A stretch of 64,000 nucleotides of DNA, from positions 373-64,372 of the forward strand of contig JBHEKU010000166.1 of NCBI GenBank assembly GCA_041859205.1, in the 5' to 3' direction. The DNA comes from Ignavibacteria bacterium (GTDB taxonomy: Bacteria > Bacteroidota > Ignavibacteria > Tepidaquicellales > Tepidaquicellaceae). Below are positions 15,941 through 26,123 of the stretch, piece by piece (positions within the stretch are counted from its first letter, which is position 1; every line of letters begins with the position of its first letter). A program made the translations under genes and the position numbers. The notes beneath the pieces were generated by a model. It had not been told where the DNA came from. It was given only the letters and a program-made list of their open reading frames with translations, and searched no databases.

Positions 15941-17191
15941 TTATTTCACAAGAATCATTTTTTTAGTCTCTTTGAATTCTCCTGATGTAAGTGTATAGAA
16001 ATAGATACCGCTTGTCAGATTCGCATTCCCGAATTCAACAGAATAAGTCCCTGCCTGCAAATTTTGATTAACAAGTGTTTGAACTTCCGTACCATTTGTA
16101 TTGAAAACTTTTAGAACAGTGTTTGAAATTTTGGGTATGGAAAAGTTTATTTTTGTTTGAGGGTTAAATGGATTAGGATAATTTTGATTTAGTAAAAAAG
16201 CAGCAGGACTTAAACTTGAAATCTGTCGTATGTTAGAAACTACTGTTGATAAACTTCTTAGCCATACGGAATTGTTAAGGGTGCCGGCAAAAATAGAGTT
16301 ATTTTTTATCGTTAATGCGTAGATGTATGTTTGAGTTGTTCCTACAGTAAATCCTTCATTTTTTTGAGTCCAGCTTAAGCCGTTATTAGATGAGTGATAA
16401 AAACCTGATACATATACACCTGCAAAGATATTTGACCCAATTGAAGAAAGCGCGTTTACAGAATTTCCTCCTATAGATGTAGTTTGGCTCCAGGTTGTTC
16501 CATTATCGGTAGAAAGATATACTCCGCCTTCTTGTGTGCCGGCAAATATATTTGAACCGCTTACTGTAAATGAGGTAACTACTCTATTGCTTAGAGAGGA
16601 TAGAGTCCAATTAGCGCCATTGTTAGTGGAGATGTAAACTCCATTACTTGTACTTGATCCCGTATTACTTACGCCGGCAAAAATTCTTGTTCCCATGGTT
16701 TTGATAGCGAGTACACCTCCTGTAGTAAGTGAAGTTGTAACCCAGTTTGCACCGTTATTTGAGGAGAGTATTATGCCGCTGCTGGCATAGGTACCGGCAA
16801 TAGTAAAACCATCTTTGCATGCAATTGAAAAAACTCTGTAACCGGCGGCAGTTTTAGTCCAGTTTGTACCGTTGTTTGATGAAACATAAACTCCCCCTGT
16901 TCCCCCAATATCTTCTGCTCCCGCAAAAATAATGCTGCCATTTGAAGCTAAAGCATTAATTTGTGTTGCGATAAGACTTGTCTGAGTCCAGTTTGCTCCA
17001 TTGTTAGAAGATACATAAACTCCTGCATCATAGGTTCCGGCAAAAAAATTGTTTCCAAGTGAATCAAATGATATTACGGTTTTGTTGTTTCCCATACCAT
17101 TAGATGTTTGTGACCATTGGGAGATAACATCGTTGAAGTTAAGGAAACTAAATACTGCTAAAAGTAAAAATAGTATTGATTTTTTTTTCAT
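15941..17191 (-). CDS. secreted Asp-box (BNR) beta-propeller protein with T9SS C-terminal sorting domain
   Basis: Has a signal peptide and six or more S(S/T)NNGANWT repeats about 45 aa apart. The tail reads LNQNYPNPFNPQTKINF...GIYFYTL...KKMILVK. Confidence 0.85.
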   Translation of the reverse strand: MKKKSILFLLLAVFSFLNFNDVISQWSQTSNGMGNNKTVISFDSLGNNFFAGTYDAGVYVSSNNGANWTQTSLIATQINALASNGSIIFAGAEDIGGTGGVYVSSNNGTNWTKTAAGYRVFSIACKDGFTIAGTYASSGIILSSNNGANWVTTSLTTGGVLAIKTMGTRIFAGVSNTGSSTSNGVYISTNNGANWTLSSLSNRVVTSFTVSGSNIFAGTQEGGVYLSTDNGTTWSQTTSIGGNSVNALSSIGSNIFAGVYVSGFYHSSNNGLSWTQKNEGFTVGTTQTYIYALTIKNNSIFAGTLNNSVWLRSLSTVVSNIRQISSLSPAAFLLNQNYPNPFNPQTKINFSIPKISNTVLKVFNTNGTEVQTLVNQNLQAGTYSVEFGNANLTSGIYFYTLTSGEFKETKKMILVK

Positions 17192-17373
17192 AATATTAAT
17201 TTGATTAATAGTTCAATTTTCATAATTGATAAAAATAAAAATTACCTTAATGCTCAACAAAGAGATTTTAACAGTATAGTCAAGCAAATATGCTTTATGT
17301 TTACAGTCTAATCAGTTTTAAGTTGTTAATTATACATATTATTCTGATATTTTGAAAAGTCAACCAAGATGAA

Positions 17374-18843
17374 ATGAAAAATTCGAAAATAACAGAACTG
17401 CTGAGAACATTTTTTCCCGAAGAATTGAAAGAGTTTGAGCAATTTCTGAAGTCTCCATATTTTGTTAAAGGAAGAGATTTGACAAAATATTACAAACTTT
17501 TAATAAAGTTCTATCCGGAGCTTGAAATTACTAAAAATGATATATCAAAAAAACTATTCCGAGGTAAGAATTACAGTAAAGAGAAAATGAATAAACTGAT
17601 TAAAACTTATAATTGGGAACTGCTTAAGTTTGCAGAGGAGTTTATATCCATAAATTTTTTCAGGAAAGACATTTATATCCGCAATGAAACACTTTTGGTT
17701 GAGTTTTTAAAACGGAAGCTTGGTAAAAGAGCAGAGGGCGTTTTTGAATTTTTGGACAGATATATGAAGACGATAAACCGTGACCATTTCCAGTTTGTCA
17801 ATACTGTATTTATTTTAAACTCAGGAACAATTGCTAAAAGACTTGTATCGAAGGGGAATGAAACATTTGAGATTTATCAGGAAGAATCGGAAAATCTAAT
17901 TAATTTTTTCCTTCATCATGCAAAATATCTATTGGGAAGTATCTCAGTTCAGAAGGGTCAGTATAATCCTAAAAATACTTCTGAAAACATAACAGCTTTT
18001 TTGGAAAGCATGGATTTTGAAAAATATCTCGAAAAGTACACAGGCAAAGCTAAAAATCTTGTAATACAGAAAATGGCAATATATAACATTTTAATATTAC
18101 TCTATCCCGAAAAATTTGATAAGTATTTCCCTATGGTCAAACAAATGTTTGAAGAAAATATTTCACAAATCGGGAAAAGAGATTCGCTTAACTATATTTC
18201 TTTGCTTCTTAATTTTCTTTCGGAAAATTATGATAGAAGGCATTCAAATATGACCTTTGAAATTATTAATTTTGCTTTGGAGAAAGGTATATATTTCGAA
18301 GAAGGCGTTGTGGGATTGACAATATTTAGTCTTAGCAAAGCATTGACAAATGCCTTAAATCTCGGTGAGATTGTATGGGCTGAAAAGTTTGTTGAAAAAA
18401 ATATTGAGCACGTTATTCCTGAGCATCGAAGTAATATGCTGCTTTTCTGTAAGGCACACATAGAGCATTTTAAGGGAAATTATGAAGTTTCTTTGAAACA
18501 TATAAATGAATATAAAATGTTCGATGAAGCAATAAACTACAAGATGAGAGAACTTCAGATAAAAAATTTTTACAAACTGGTACATAAAAAAACTGAATAC
18601 TTAGAAACACTTTTATCTGCTATGGATGCATTTAAACACTATATAAAAGAAAGTAAAAAACTTACAGATAAACACTACAATACCGGAATGAATTTTTTAC
18701 AAGGCTTGAACCTGCTTATAAATTATCATTACTCAAACTCTGCCGGAAAAAAATCTGATGCTGTTTTTAAAATGAAAACTTTTAATCCGACAACAAAAAA
18801 TGAATGGGTCATGAACGAAATAAATAGTATTCTAAATAGGTGA
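17374..18843 (+). CDS. all-helical protein of unknown function, FLKSPYF family (paralog of 11969-13435)
   Basis: The N-terminus KITELLRTFFPEELKEFEQFLKSPYFVKGRDL is homologous to the other copy. It is divergent from one T9SS cargo gene and convergent with another. Confidence 0.75.
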   Translation: MKNSKITELLRTFFPEELKEFEQFLKSPYFVKGRDLTKYYKLLIKFYPELEITKNDISKKLFRGKNYSKEKMNKLIKTYNWELLKFAEEFISINFFRKDIYIRNETLLVEFLKRKLGKRAEGVFEFLDRYMKTINRDHFQFVNTVFILNSGTIAKRLVSKGNETFEIYQEESENLINFFLHHAKYLLGSISVQKGQYNPKNTSENITAFLESMDFEKYLEKYTGKAKNLVIQKMAIYNILILLYPEKFDKYFPMVKQMFEENISQIGKRDSLNYISLLLNFLSENYDRRHSNMTFEIINFALEKGIYFEEGVVGLTIFSLSKALTNALNLGEIVWAEKFVEKNIEHVIPEHRSNMLLFCKAHIEHFKGNYEVSLKHINEYKMFDEAINYKMRELQIKNFYKLVHKKTEYLETLLSAMDAFKHYIKESKKLTDKHYNTGMNFLQGLNLLINYHYSNSAGKKSDAVFKMKTFNPTTKNEWVMNEINSILNR

Positions 18844-18888
18844 TATATATATAATTTTCTTTGTGAAAGGATTTAACACAAACAAAAA

Positions 18889-18916
18889 AGGACGCAAATA
18901 AATCTGCGTCCTTTTA
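18889..18916. terminator. bidirectional terminator hairpin
   Basis: Stem AGGACGCA/TGCGTCCT, flanked by an A-run upstream and a T-run downstream, between convergent genes. Confidence 0.7.
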
Positions 18917-18944
18917 AAAAAGAGTTTAATAATTAATTCTGAAT

Positions 18945-20774
18945 CTATTTTACAAGCATCATTTTCTTTGTTTCTTTGAAATCACCGGCTGAAAGTGTAT
19001 AGAAATACAATCCGCTGGCAAGAGTAATTCCATTGAAAGAAATTTCTTTTGTACCTGCGCCGATAAGTTCATTGTTAATTAATGTTGCAACTTCTCTTCC
19101 GTCAACTCCATAAACTTTAAGAGTTACATTAGCAAGTTTCGGCAATGTAAATCTTATATTGGTTGTAGGGTTGAAAGGATTCGGATAGTTTTGCTGAAGC
19201 TGAAATTTATCTGCAACAGAACTTACCGGATTAATTCCGATAGGTGCATCATAAGCTGCTCTCATAAATACAGGATGCGCATTTGTACCGGGATTAGCTG
19301 AGTTAACATTTGAGCCAGGAACTGAATCACGCTGAACCATCATATTTATATAATTAACATTCCCTGCAATATCATTTGTTGGTGATAAAGACACGTATGA
19401 CCAGTCCATTCTTGGTGATGTAGGTGTAATTATAGCCGGTCTTTTCCATGATGCGCCGCCGTTTCCTGAAGCAGTTAAGTAGATATCATTGTATGATGAA
19501 GAATCTATTCCGCCTAACATTTCATTCTGAACCATGAAAGCCATGAATAAATTTGTACCGTCTGATGACTGACCTAATGATGGTCTGCAAACAGGGGCTT
19601 CAACATCGTTAGAGCCTAACATAGGAGCATAAGGAACATTGTTTGAGTCAACTATAATAATGCTTCTTGTAGGATCTGAACCCGGTAAAGATGTTGACCA
19701 GAATCTGATGTTGTTTGGCGCTCCGCCAAAATAATTTCCTGCAGTTGTTTGCTTTACTGTTTCAAAGGCAACTTTAGGAACTGTACCCTGATAGAGAAGT
19801 GAAATTCCTCTTAATGCACCTAAAGAGTCAGTATTAAAATTTGCAGCGAAAATTTTTGTTGGAGCTGAAAATGTTGAACCGTTATCTGTTGATTCCATAA
19901 AGAATACTCCGCCGTATTCTGTCGGGAATCTTGCTTCGTCAACTATATATGCAAGTCCGATTCTTCCGTCTGTACCTCTTGCAAGTGAATATGTTTCAGC
20001 CTGACTTGAATTGATAAGTCTGTATCCGCTGAATGAACTTGAAAGCGTAGATGTACCTACATTCACAAATGCTGAATCTTCTTCAGACGAGGAAGCAACA
20101 AATACATATCTGTTTATTAAGGAAGCAGGCTGAGTCATAATTGCTCTTGGCCATTGATATTTACTGACATTGCCGCCCGGATCAAGATTTGTAAATGAGC
20201 CTAACCCCGGAAACGCATCAATATAAAACTGCGCGCGTAAGTTTGTATTTGCGCCGACAGCTGTATGTAAACCGACAAAAGCCTGACCTGTCGCTGTACC
20301 GGTAATCATACCATAACCGGATCTTCCTGCTGCAGGAACATTAGAAATAAATTCCCATGTAACGCCTCTATCTGAACTGAAGAAGTATTGCATAGTTCTA
20401 TCTGCCCAAGCTGTACCGGGATCTGATGAAAACATGTAAAGAGCATGAATGTTATTCTGGTTTACAGGGTCCTGCCATATTTGAACAGGAGTTGCATTCG
20501 TCTGTAAATCATAATAATTACGTGAAGGTCCGAGCTCTAAATATGTAACAGTGGTACCGTTATCAGTATAGGGCTGCTGGACTGCAGTAGGGTTTCCCGG
20601 AGTTATACGCGGATTACCATTAACATATACTCCTTTATAAGTATCGCCATTGCGTACTATTTTGCTTTCAATTCTTGAAAGCTCTTTTATCTGGTCTTTT
20701 GTATAGATTGAGTTTGCAAAAGATGCAGCAGAAGTGCTGAATAAAAATATCAGTAGGAATAATTTTCTGAACAT
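18945..20774 (-). CDS. secreted sialidase-like BNR beta-propeller protein with T9SS C-terminal sorting domain
   Basis: Has a signal peptide and Asp boxes SSDRGVTW, STDNGSTF and ASGNGGASW. The tail reads LQQNYPNPFNPTTNIRF...GLYFYTL...KKMMLVK. Confidence 0.8.
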   Translation of the reverse strand: MFRKLFLLIFLFSTSAASFANSIYTKDQIKELSRIESKIVRNGDTYKGVYVNGNPRITPGNPTAVQQPYTDNGTTVTYLELGPSRNYYDLQTNATPVQIWQDPVNQNNIHALYMFSSDPGTAWADRTMQYFFSSDRGVTWEFISNVPAAGRSGYGMITGTATGQAFVGLHTAVGANTNLRAQFYIDAFPGLGSFTNLDPGGNVSKYQWPRAIMTQPASLINRYVFVASSSEEDSAFVNVGTSTLSSSFSGYRLINSSQAETYSLARGTDGRIGLAYIVDEARFPTEYGGVFFMESTDNGSTFSAPTKIFAANFNTDSLGALRGISLLYQGTVPKVAFETVKQTTAGNYFGGAPNNIRFWSTSLPGSDPTRSIIIVDSNNVPYAPMLGSNDVEAPVCRPSLGQSSDGTNLFMAFMVQNEMLGGIDSSSYNDIYLTASGNGGASWKRPAIITPTSPRMDWSYVSLSPTNDIAGNVNYINMMVQRDSVPGSNVNSANPGTNAHPVFMRAAYDAPIGINPVSSVADKFQLQQNYPNPFNPTTNIRFTLPKLANVTLKVYGVDGREVATLINNELIGAGTKEISFNGITLASGLYFYTLSAGDFKETKKMMLVK

Positions 20775-21624
20775 GAGTTTCTCCTTTTTCAGTATGTGTA
20801 GTTTTTAAAAGTTTTTTCGAAACTCTGGATAAATTATTAAATGCCGGAGGGAAGGCAAATCAAAATATGTTATACAGATTCCGGAGAAGGAGTCAGTGGT
20901 TACTCTCTTTGAGTATAAATTACTGTATAAATATTCTGGGGTGAAAACGGGGTGTGAATAAAAAGCACTTATTAAATTGGAATACAGGTTCAATTGTCCG
21001 AAATTACATAAGCGCAGTTTATCTTAAAGAACGTATATTAGAGAACAAAAAAATTTCATAAAAGTTTACAAATAATAAAAATTATTTTTTTTAAAAAGTT
21101 ATTTTTTAATGAGTTTAATTCGTCATTTTGCCAAAATAGAATAAGCATACTATTATAAATTTAATCTGATGAATTACCTGTTAACAAGCCTCAGAAAAGC
21201 CATTTTCCTTAAAATCTGCTGATAGTCTTTTTACTATTTCAAATACTTCTTTACTATCAGATTTCCTGAGGGTATTGTATTAAAAGCTCTATAATAAGCG
21301 TAAAATCACGATTTTCATTTGGCATGGTTAGTGCATTAAGGGAAGTATCATTGGTTATTTTACCGGTGATTAACAGTTAACCAAATTTTAAAAAAGCCAT
21401 GTTTAAACCATTTATCAAACTCTCAAGCAGAGTGCTGGAAGTTTCTGTGTCTGTTCTATTCGTATTGATTTACCTTATTATGGTATTTACGATTTAATAC
21501 TGAATTAGAACACAGGATTGATTATTTTACTCACAACTTTTAATCTCAATATATCAATCTGTATTACAGAATTCTTCTCATATTTATTTTAGCATCTGCA
21601 AATTTTTGTTATTCAAAGGACTCA

Positions 21625-22092
21625 TTGCAGGTAAAAGTAAAACAAGTTTTAAGCGGGGATACGTTCTTAACAGATAATAACGTAGAAGTAAAACTCATAG
21701 GTATTAATACACCTCCGAAAAACGACTCATTTAAAATCAGCGAGCTTTCACAAAGTACGGGGATTAACTCTGATACTATTAAATTACTGGGCTCACTTTG
21801 CGCAGAATTTACTGAAAGCTACCTTACAGGAGAAAAAGTTTTCCTGGTCAGCGATACCAATAACACTGATGCAGATTCTACAGGGAAAATTTCGCGATAC
21901 GTCTATTTAGATGACGGCTCACTATTCAATAAAACAATTTTATTATACGGTTATGCATACGCAGATCCGGAGCAGAAAAATTCTTTCAGGGAGTGGGAGA
22001 GTTTTTCAGCCATAATGCTTTACATCCGCAGCTACTACCTCGGTCTTTGGATAAATCCAAACTTCAGAAAACTCCAGCCCAATCTTTTTTAA
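21625..22092 (+). CDS. staphylococcal-nuclease (SNase/thermonuclease)-like protein, catalytic motif degenerate
   Basis: V.SGDTF....VKLIGINTPP matches the SNase pattern V.DGDT...RL.GIDTPE but carries R-to-K, D-to-N and E-to-P changes. The upstream in-frame codons encode a signal-peptide-like RILLIFILASANFCYS without a canonical start. Confidence 0.55.
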   Translation: MQVKVKQVLSGDTFLTDNNVEVKLIGINTPPKNDSFKISELSQSTGINSDTIKLLGSLCAEFTESYLTGEKVFLVSDTNNTDADSTGKISRYVYLDDGSLFNKTILLYGYAYADPEQKNSFREWESFSAIMLYIRSYYLGLWINPNFRKLQPNLF

Positions 22093-22502
22093 TATTATAA
22101 TCTTTTAAAATTTCGGAATATTTTTTTTAGTGATTGCACGATTTATTTGATTTCATCTTTATTTTGCAGATTTGAAATTATTTGCCGGTTTTTACTGTTG
22201 AAAAATATGATATACATCACCTTTTTTTTTGAGTAAAGTCATAGGATAGCAGAGCTAATTATTACTATTTTTGTATAAGCTTTTTTGATAGCCTGAACCT
22301 TCTGAAAAATCTTACGTATCAGAAGAAAATAAAAAAGAATAATTTTAGGTTTGTTAATAAAGCTGGTTTTAAGTATTTTTATTTAGACTGTGTATAAATA
22401 AGAAAATCAAAATTATTAAAAGTACTTAAATTTTGCACTTTTTTATTTCTCGCACACCTAATTCATCCATAACAAACTTTCATAAATTAAACTTGAGCTA
22501 TT

Positions 22503-23006
22503 TTGAAAAAAAATTTCTTAGCTAATTTCTCATTAGTCGTACTCATTTTATCAGTTATCACAATCGCTTACAGCTGTAAAAGTGATGACGTTATTACTCC
22601 GTCAGGACCGGACGCAAATTCAATTAATGGTAACTTAACTTTTGCTGATACAAACTTTATATCAACAGGCGGCACATATCTTATAGCAGCTTATTCTACC
22701 TGGCCTCCAATGTCAGGACCATCATCTTATGATACTGTAAGAATTTCAAGAAATTCTACAACAGGAAAATGGAACCAGTCGTATACTTACAAATTATCAA
22801 GTGTTGCAAACGGAAGTTATGCTGTATCAGTCGGCTTCAGAAAAGCAGCAGGCGGACAAAGCCCGATAATGGGTGTTTACGGATGCGATACAACTCATAA
22901 TAGTTGTGTAGTTACTACAACTTCCAGAGCTACAATCACAAGTAATGCAGGTGTAACAGGCATAGATTTCACTTGTTGGGCAGATACCACAAAGAAATTA
23001 TATTAA
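22503..23006 (+). CDS. lipoprotein of unknown function (upstream partner of the TonB-dependent receptor)
   Basis: Signal peptide with a lipobox (ITIAYSC). It ends 8 nt before the receptor gene. Confidence 0.65.
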   Translation: MKKNFLANFSLVVLILSVITIAYSCKSDDVITPSGPDANSINGNLTFADTNFISTGGTYLIAAYSTWPPMSGPSSYDTVRISRNSTTGKWNQSYTYKLSSVANGSYAVSVGFRKAAGGQSPIMGVYGCDTTHNSCVVTTTSRATITSNAGVTGIDFTCWADTTKKLY

Positions 23007-23014
23007 TCGCTTAA

Positions 23015-25381
23015 ATGAATAAGCTTTCACAATGTATTTGTACTTTTATTACAGGCAGAGCATTTATCGCTTTGCCTGTAATATTTCTGTTTTTAAATTG
23101 CGCTTTTTCACAAAGCGAATTTGAAAATTTTGAAACCGGAATAAAAGGCGTTGTTCTCGATAATGAAACCGATGAAGTTGTAAACTCCGTATCCATCACA
23201 TTAGCAGATGATAATGGTAAAAAAGTTTCCGAGACAATGACGGATTTGAAAGGAATATTTGCTATATCTAATGTGAAGCAGGGAAGTTATACTCTCACTG
23301 CTAAAAGAATCGGTTACAGAGCAGTGAATAAAGATATTCTGCTTTCAGAAAAAACTCCTTTGCAATTAAAGATTGTACTCTCACCTGAAGATATTAATAC
23401 TGAAAAGATAAACGTAACGGCTACAAAAACCGAACAGACTTTACAGCAGACTCCTTCATCCATCTCAATAGTAACGGCAGACGATATTAAATACAAAAAT
23501 ATTTTAACGTTCGATAATATTTTACAAGGAGTAGAAGGCGTTGCAGTTACGCGCACCAGCGGTATTAATGTAAGCTCGCTTTCAATCCGCGGCTCGTCAG
23601 ATGTTGCAGGCGGTGGTATCGGAAACAGAGTACTGCTTCTGCTTGACGGAAGACCATCACTTACGGGAGATTCAAAAGGGGCTTTGTGGTCGCTCATACC
23701 TGTATCAATTATAGAAAGAACGGAAGTGGTAAAGGGAGCATTCTCTTCACTCTACGGTTCATCTGCAATTGGCGGAGTTGTGAACGTAATCACAAAAAAG
23801 CCTACATACACTTCTTTCACAGGAATAAATGTTAACTACGGATTCTATAATAAGCTGAACGACAGCTTAAAATTCTCAAATTCATTGCAGACTTTTTCCG
23901 GTATAGATGCTATTAACAGTAATACTCTCGGAAAATTCTCTTACCTTTTAAATTTCAATTATAAAAAGAACGAAGGACACGCTGAGCAGACTGATTACGA
24001 ATTTTATGGCGGCATGGGAAAATTTATGTATGACCTTTTTGCCAACAGAGATTTGGAAGTAACAGTGCAATATACAAAATCAAATTCTGCTTATCCTCAT
24101 TACTGGAGAAAAGATGCCGGGAGGGTATCAGAGCCATATAAATCTGCTCCTTATTATCTTGGTGACAGAATAAAAAAAGAAACATCCAGCTTCGATGCAT
24201 ATTACCGCGCAATTCCGAATGCAACTTCTAAATATTCATCACGATTTTATTACTATAGCTTAGCAAGCGAATCATTTTACAATCCGAACAATCCTGTATC
24301 TGCTGAGTTTGGTTCAACCGTTACAGGGCTTAATACTTATATCAATTCATACAACTTCGGAAATATTTCACAGGTAGATTTTCAGCTGGGAAGAAAAAAT
24401 TATTTTATTACAGGTATTGATGCTCAGTGGAATGTAGTTAAGTCAAATCCTGAATCTATATTATACGGAAATCAGCAGCAGAATAATTTTGGTGTGTATG
24501 CGCAGAATCAATATAAAGTTATTACAAACAATGTCGGTGATGAAGTACTAACATCAACCATCGGCGGAAGAGTGGACCATAATGTATTTGTAGGCGGCTC
24601 GCAGACTACACAGTTCAGTCCGAAGTTTTCACTGGTGTTCACGCCTGAAGTGAAGTCTAATTTTTTAAATAATGTTTCTTACAGATTTTTAGTTGGAAGA
24701 GCTTTCCGCTCACCATCGATAGCAGAATTATTTTTCAAGAAAGAATTATTCGGAGGATTTGATTTTATCTATAATCCGAATCTGAAGCCTGAAGAAATGG
24801 TAAGCTATGAAATAGGATTTATGAAGCAGTATAAAGACAGATTTACAATTGATTTTTCTGCATTCATAAATGAGTACGATAATTTAATACAGTATGTAAA
24901 TATCGGAACAGGAATTTACGGTCCGTTCCAGGTGCAGAATATTGCCAACTCACAGATAAAAGGATTTGAACTTGCAATTGATTACAAAGCAGGGTTTAAT
25001 TTATTTGCACATGATTTCGGATATCATTTCAGCGTAAATTATACCTATATGGATTCCAGAGATTTATCTTCCAATAGAAAAGAAGATTTTCTTCCCTATA
25101 AACCAAACCACCTCCTGAATTTTTCAACTGATTTAAACTACAGGGATTTTTATTTTAATGTAACCGGAAAGTATGTAAGTAAGATTGATGAAGATTTGTT
25201 CTATAAATACGAAGAGCCTGCAGCATACTTAGTAGTTGACAGTAAAATTTCAAAAAGAATTTCAAACAAGTTTACTGTATTCTTTGCAGTCAGCAATTTA
25301 TTTGATGTTCAGTATCAGGAGCTTGAACGCACACAAGCACCAAACAGAAATTTCAACTCCGGTATAAATATAGAGTTCTGA
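23015..25381 (+). CDS. TonB-dependent outer-membrane receptor with an N-terminal carboxypeptidase-regulatory-like domain
   Basis: Has a CarbopepD_reg-like segment IKGVVLDNETDEVVNSVSITLAD and a plug region (SISIVTADDIK, IRGSS, LLLLDGRP). A long barrel ends in an aromatic residue (NSGINIEF). Confidence 0.88.
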   Translation: MNKLSQCICTFITGRAFIALPVIFLFLNCAFSQSEFENFETGIKGVVLDNETDEVVNSVSITLADDNGKKVSETMTDLKGIFAISNVKQGSYTLTAKRIGYRAVNKDILLSEKTPLQLKIVLSPEDINTEKINVTATKTEQTLQQTPSSISIVTADDIKYKNILTFDNILQGVEGVAVTRTSGINVSSLSIRGSSDVAGGGIGNRVLLLLDGRPSLTGDSKGALWSLIPVSIIERTEVVKGAFSSLYGSSAIGGVVNVITKKPTYTSFTGINVNYGFYNKLNDSLKFSNSLQTFSGIDAINSNTLGKFSYLLNFNYKKNEGHAEQTDYEFYGGMGKFMYDLFANRDLEVTVQYTKSNSAYPHYWRKDAGRVSEPYKSAPYYLGDRIKKETSSFDAYYRAIPNATSKYSSRFYYYSLASESFYNPNNPVSAEFGSTVTGLNTYINSYNFGNISQVDFQLGRKNYFITGIDAQWNVVKSNPESILYGNQQQNNFGVYAQNQYKVITNNVGDEVLTSTIGGRVDHNVFVGGSQTTQFSPKFSLVFTPEVKSNFLNNVSYRFLVGRAFRSPSIAELFFKKELFGGFDFIYNPNLKPEEMVSYEIGFMKQYKDRFTIDFSAFINEYDNLIQYVNIGTGIYGPFQVQNIANSQIKGFELAIDYKAGFNLFAHDFGYHFSVNYTYMDSRDLSSNRKEDFLPYKPNHLLNFSTDLNYRDFYFNVTGKYVSKIDEDLFYKYEEPAAYLVVDSKISKRISNKFTVFFAVSNLFDVQYQELERTQAPNRNFNSGINIEF

Positions 25382-25449
25382 ATTTAAAATTATGAATTCA
25401 GAATTCTATATTCTGTTGTAGCAATTCATAATTTTAATTTTATAATCCC

Positions 25450-26115
25450 TTGACCTACTCAAACATCTGGAAAACATTTTTCTCCGATAAGAAAAACAAA
25501 TATCTGTTTCCGCTTACCGTTGTTTTTCTCGTTGCCACAATGAGCATCTTTGCAAGATTTCTTGTCTTCAACGAAGGAAGAACTTACCTTGTAAAAATTA
25601 ATGACCCGCTGTTCAATCTTTTCCATGCTATAGACCTCAACATAATTGCATTTCCCGTTATCTATGTTGCGCTTATAACCTTCATTGTATATAATTCATT
25701 CAGACCAAAGACACTGATGTTTGCTTTTAACTGCTACGCGTTAATGGTATGGATAAGGATGTTTGCAATGTATATTACGCCGCTGGATGTTCCTGCAGGA
25801 GCGATTGATTTAAACGACCCTATTGTTTTTTTAGTCGGGACGGGACAGGCAGTGCAGAAAGATTTATTTTTCTCCGGTCATACGGCATCGCTTACTCTTC
25901 TTGCTATTATTGTTTACAACGCTAAAAAAATTTCAGGCCAGGATTATACTTTTAAGATCGATAGCTTTATGAAAATAATTTTTTTCTTCTTTCTGGCAAT
26001 AGTTGCATCAAGTGTTGTGCTTCAGAAAGCGCATTATACAATCGATGTCTTCACTGCCTTCTTCTTCGCGTATGGAGCGTATAGTATTGTGAAGAAAGTG
26101 TATGGAGTGAGATAG
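25450..26115 (+). CDS. PAP2_C / sphingomyelin-synthase-like integral membrane protein
   Basis: Multi-TM protein with FFSGHTA and HYTIDVFTAFFFAYG, matching the SGHT and HYTxDV motifs of the SMS/PAP2_C family. TTG start. Confidence 0.7.
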   Translation: MTYSNIWKTFFSDKKNKYLFPLTVVFLVATMSIFARFLVFNEGRTYLVKINDPLFNLFHAIDLNIIAFPVIYVALITFIVYNSFRPKTLMFAFNCYALMVWIRMFAMYITPLDVPAGAIDLNDPIVFLVGTGQAVQKDLFFSGHTASLTLLAIIVYNAKKISGQDYTFKIDSFMKIIFFFFLAIVASSVVLQKAHYTIDVFTAFFFAYGAYSIVKKVYGVR

Positions 26116-26123
26116 AATACTTT

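Noticed and set aside
20805-20993. 62-aa minus-strand ORF, plus a 32-aa TM-like ORF at 21400-21498
   Set aside because: They are short, lack supporting signals, and lie in AT-rich spacer DNA. They could be real small proteins but cannot be supported from sequence alone.
21189-21271. Long imperfect hairpin (CCTCAG...CTGATAGT / ACTATCAG...CTGAGG) in the 850-bp spacer upstream of the SNase-like gene
   Set aside because: It is a single copy with several bulges and has no terminator or known riboswitch core. There is not enough evidence to call a feature.
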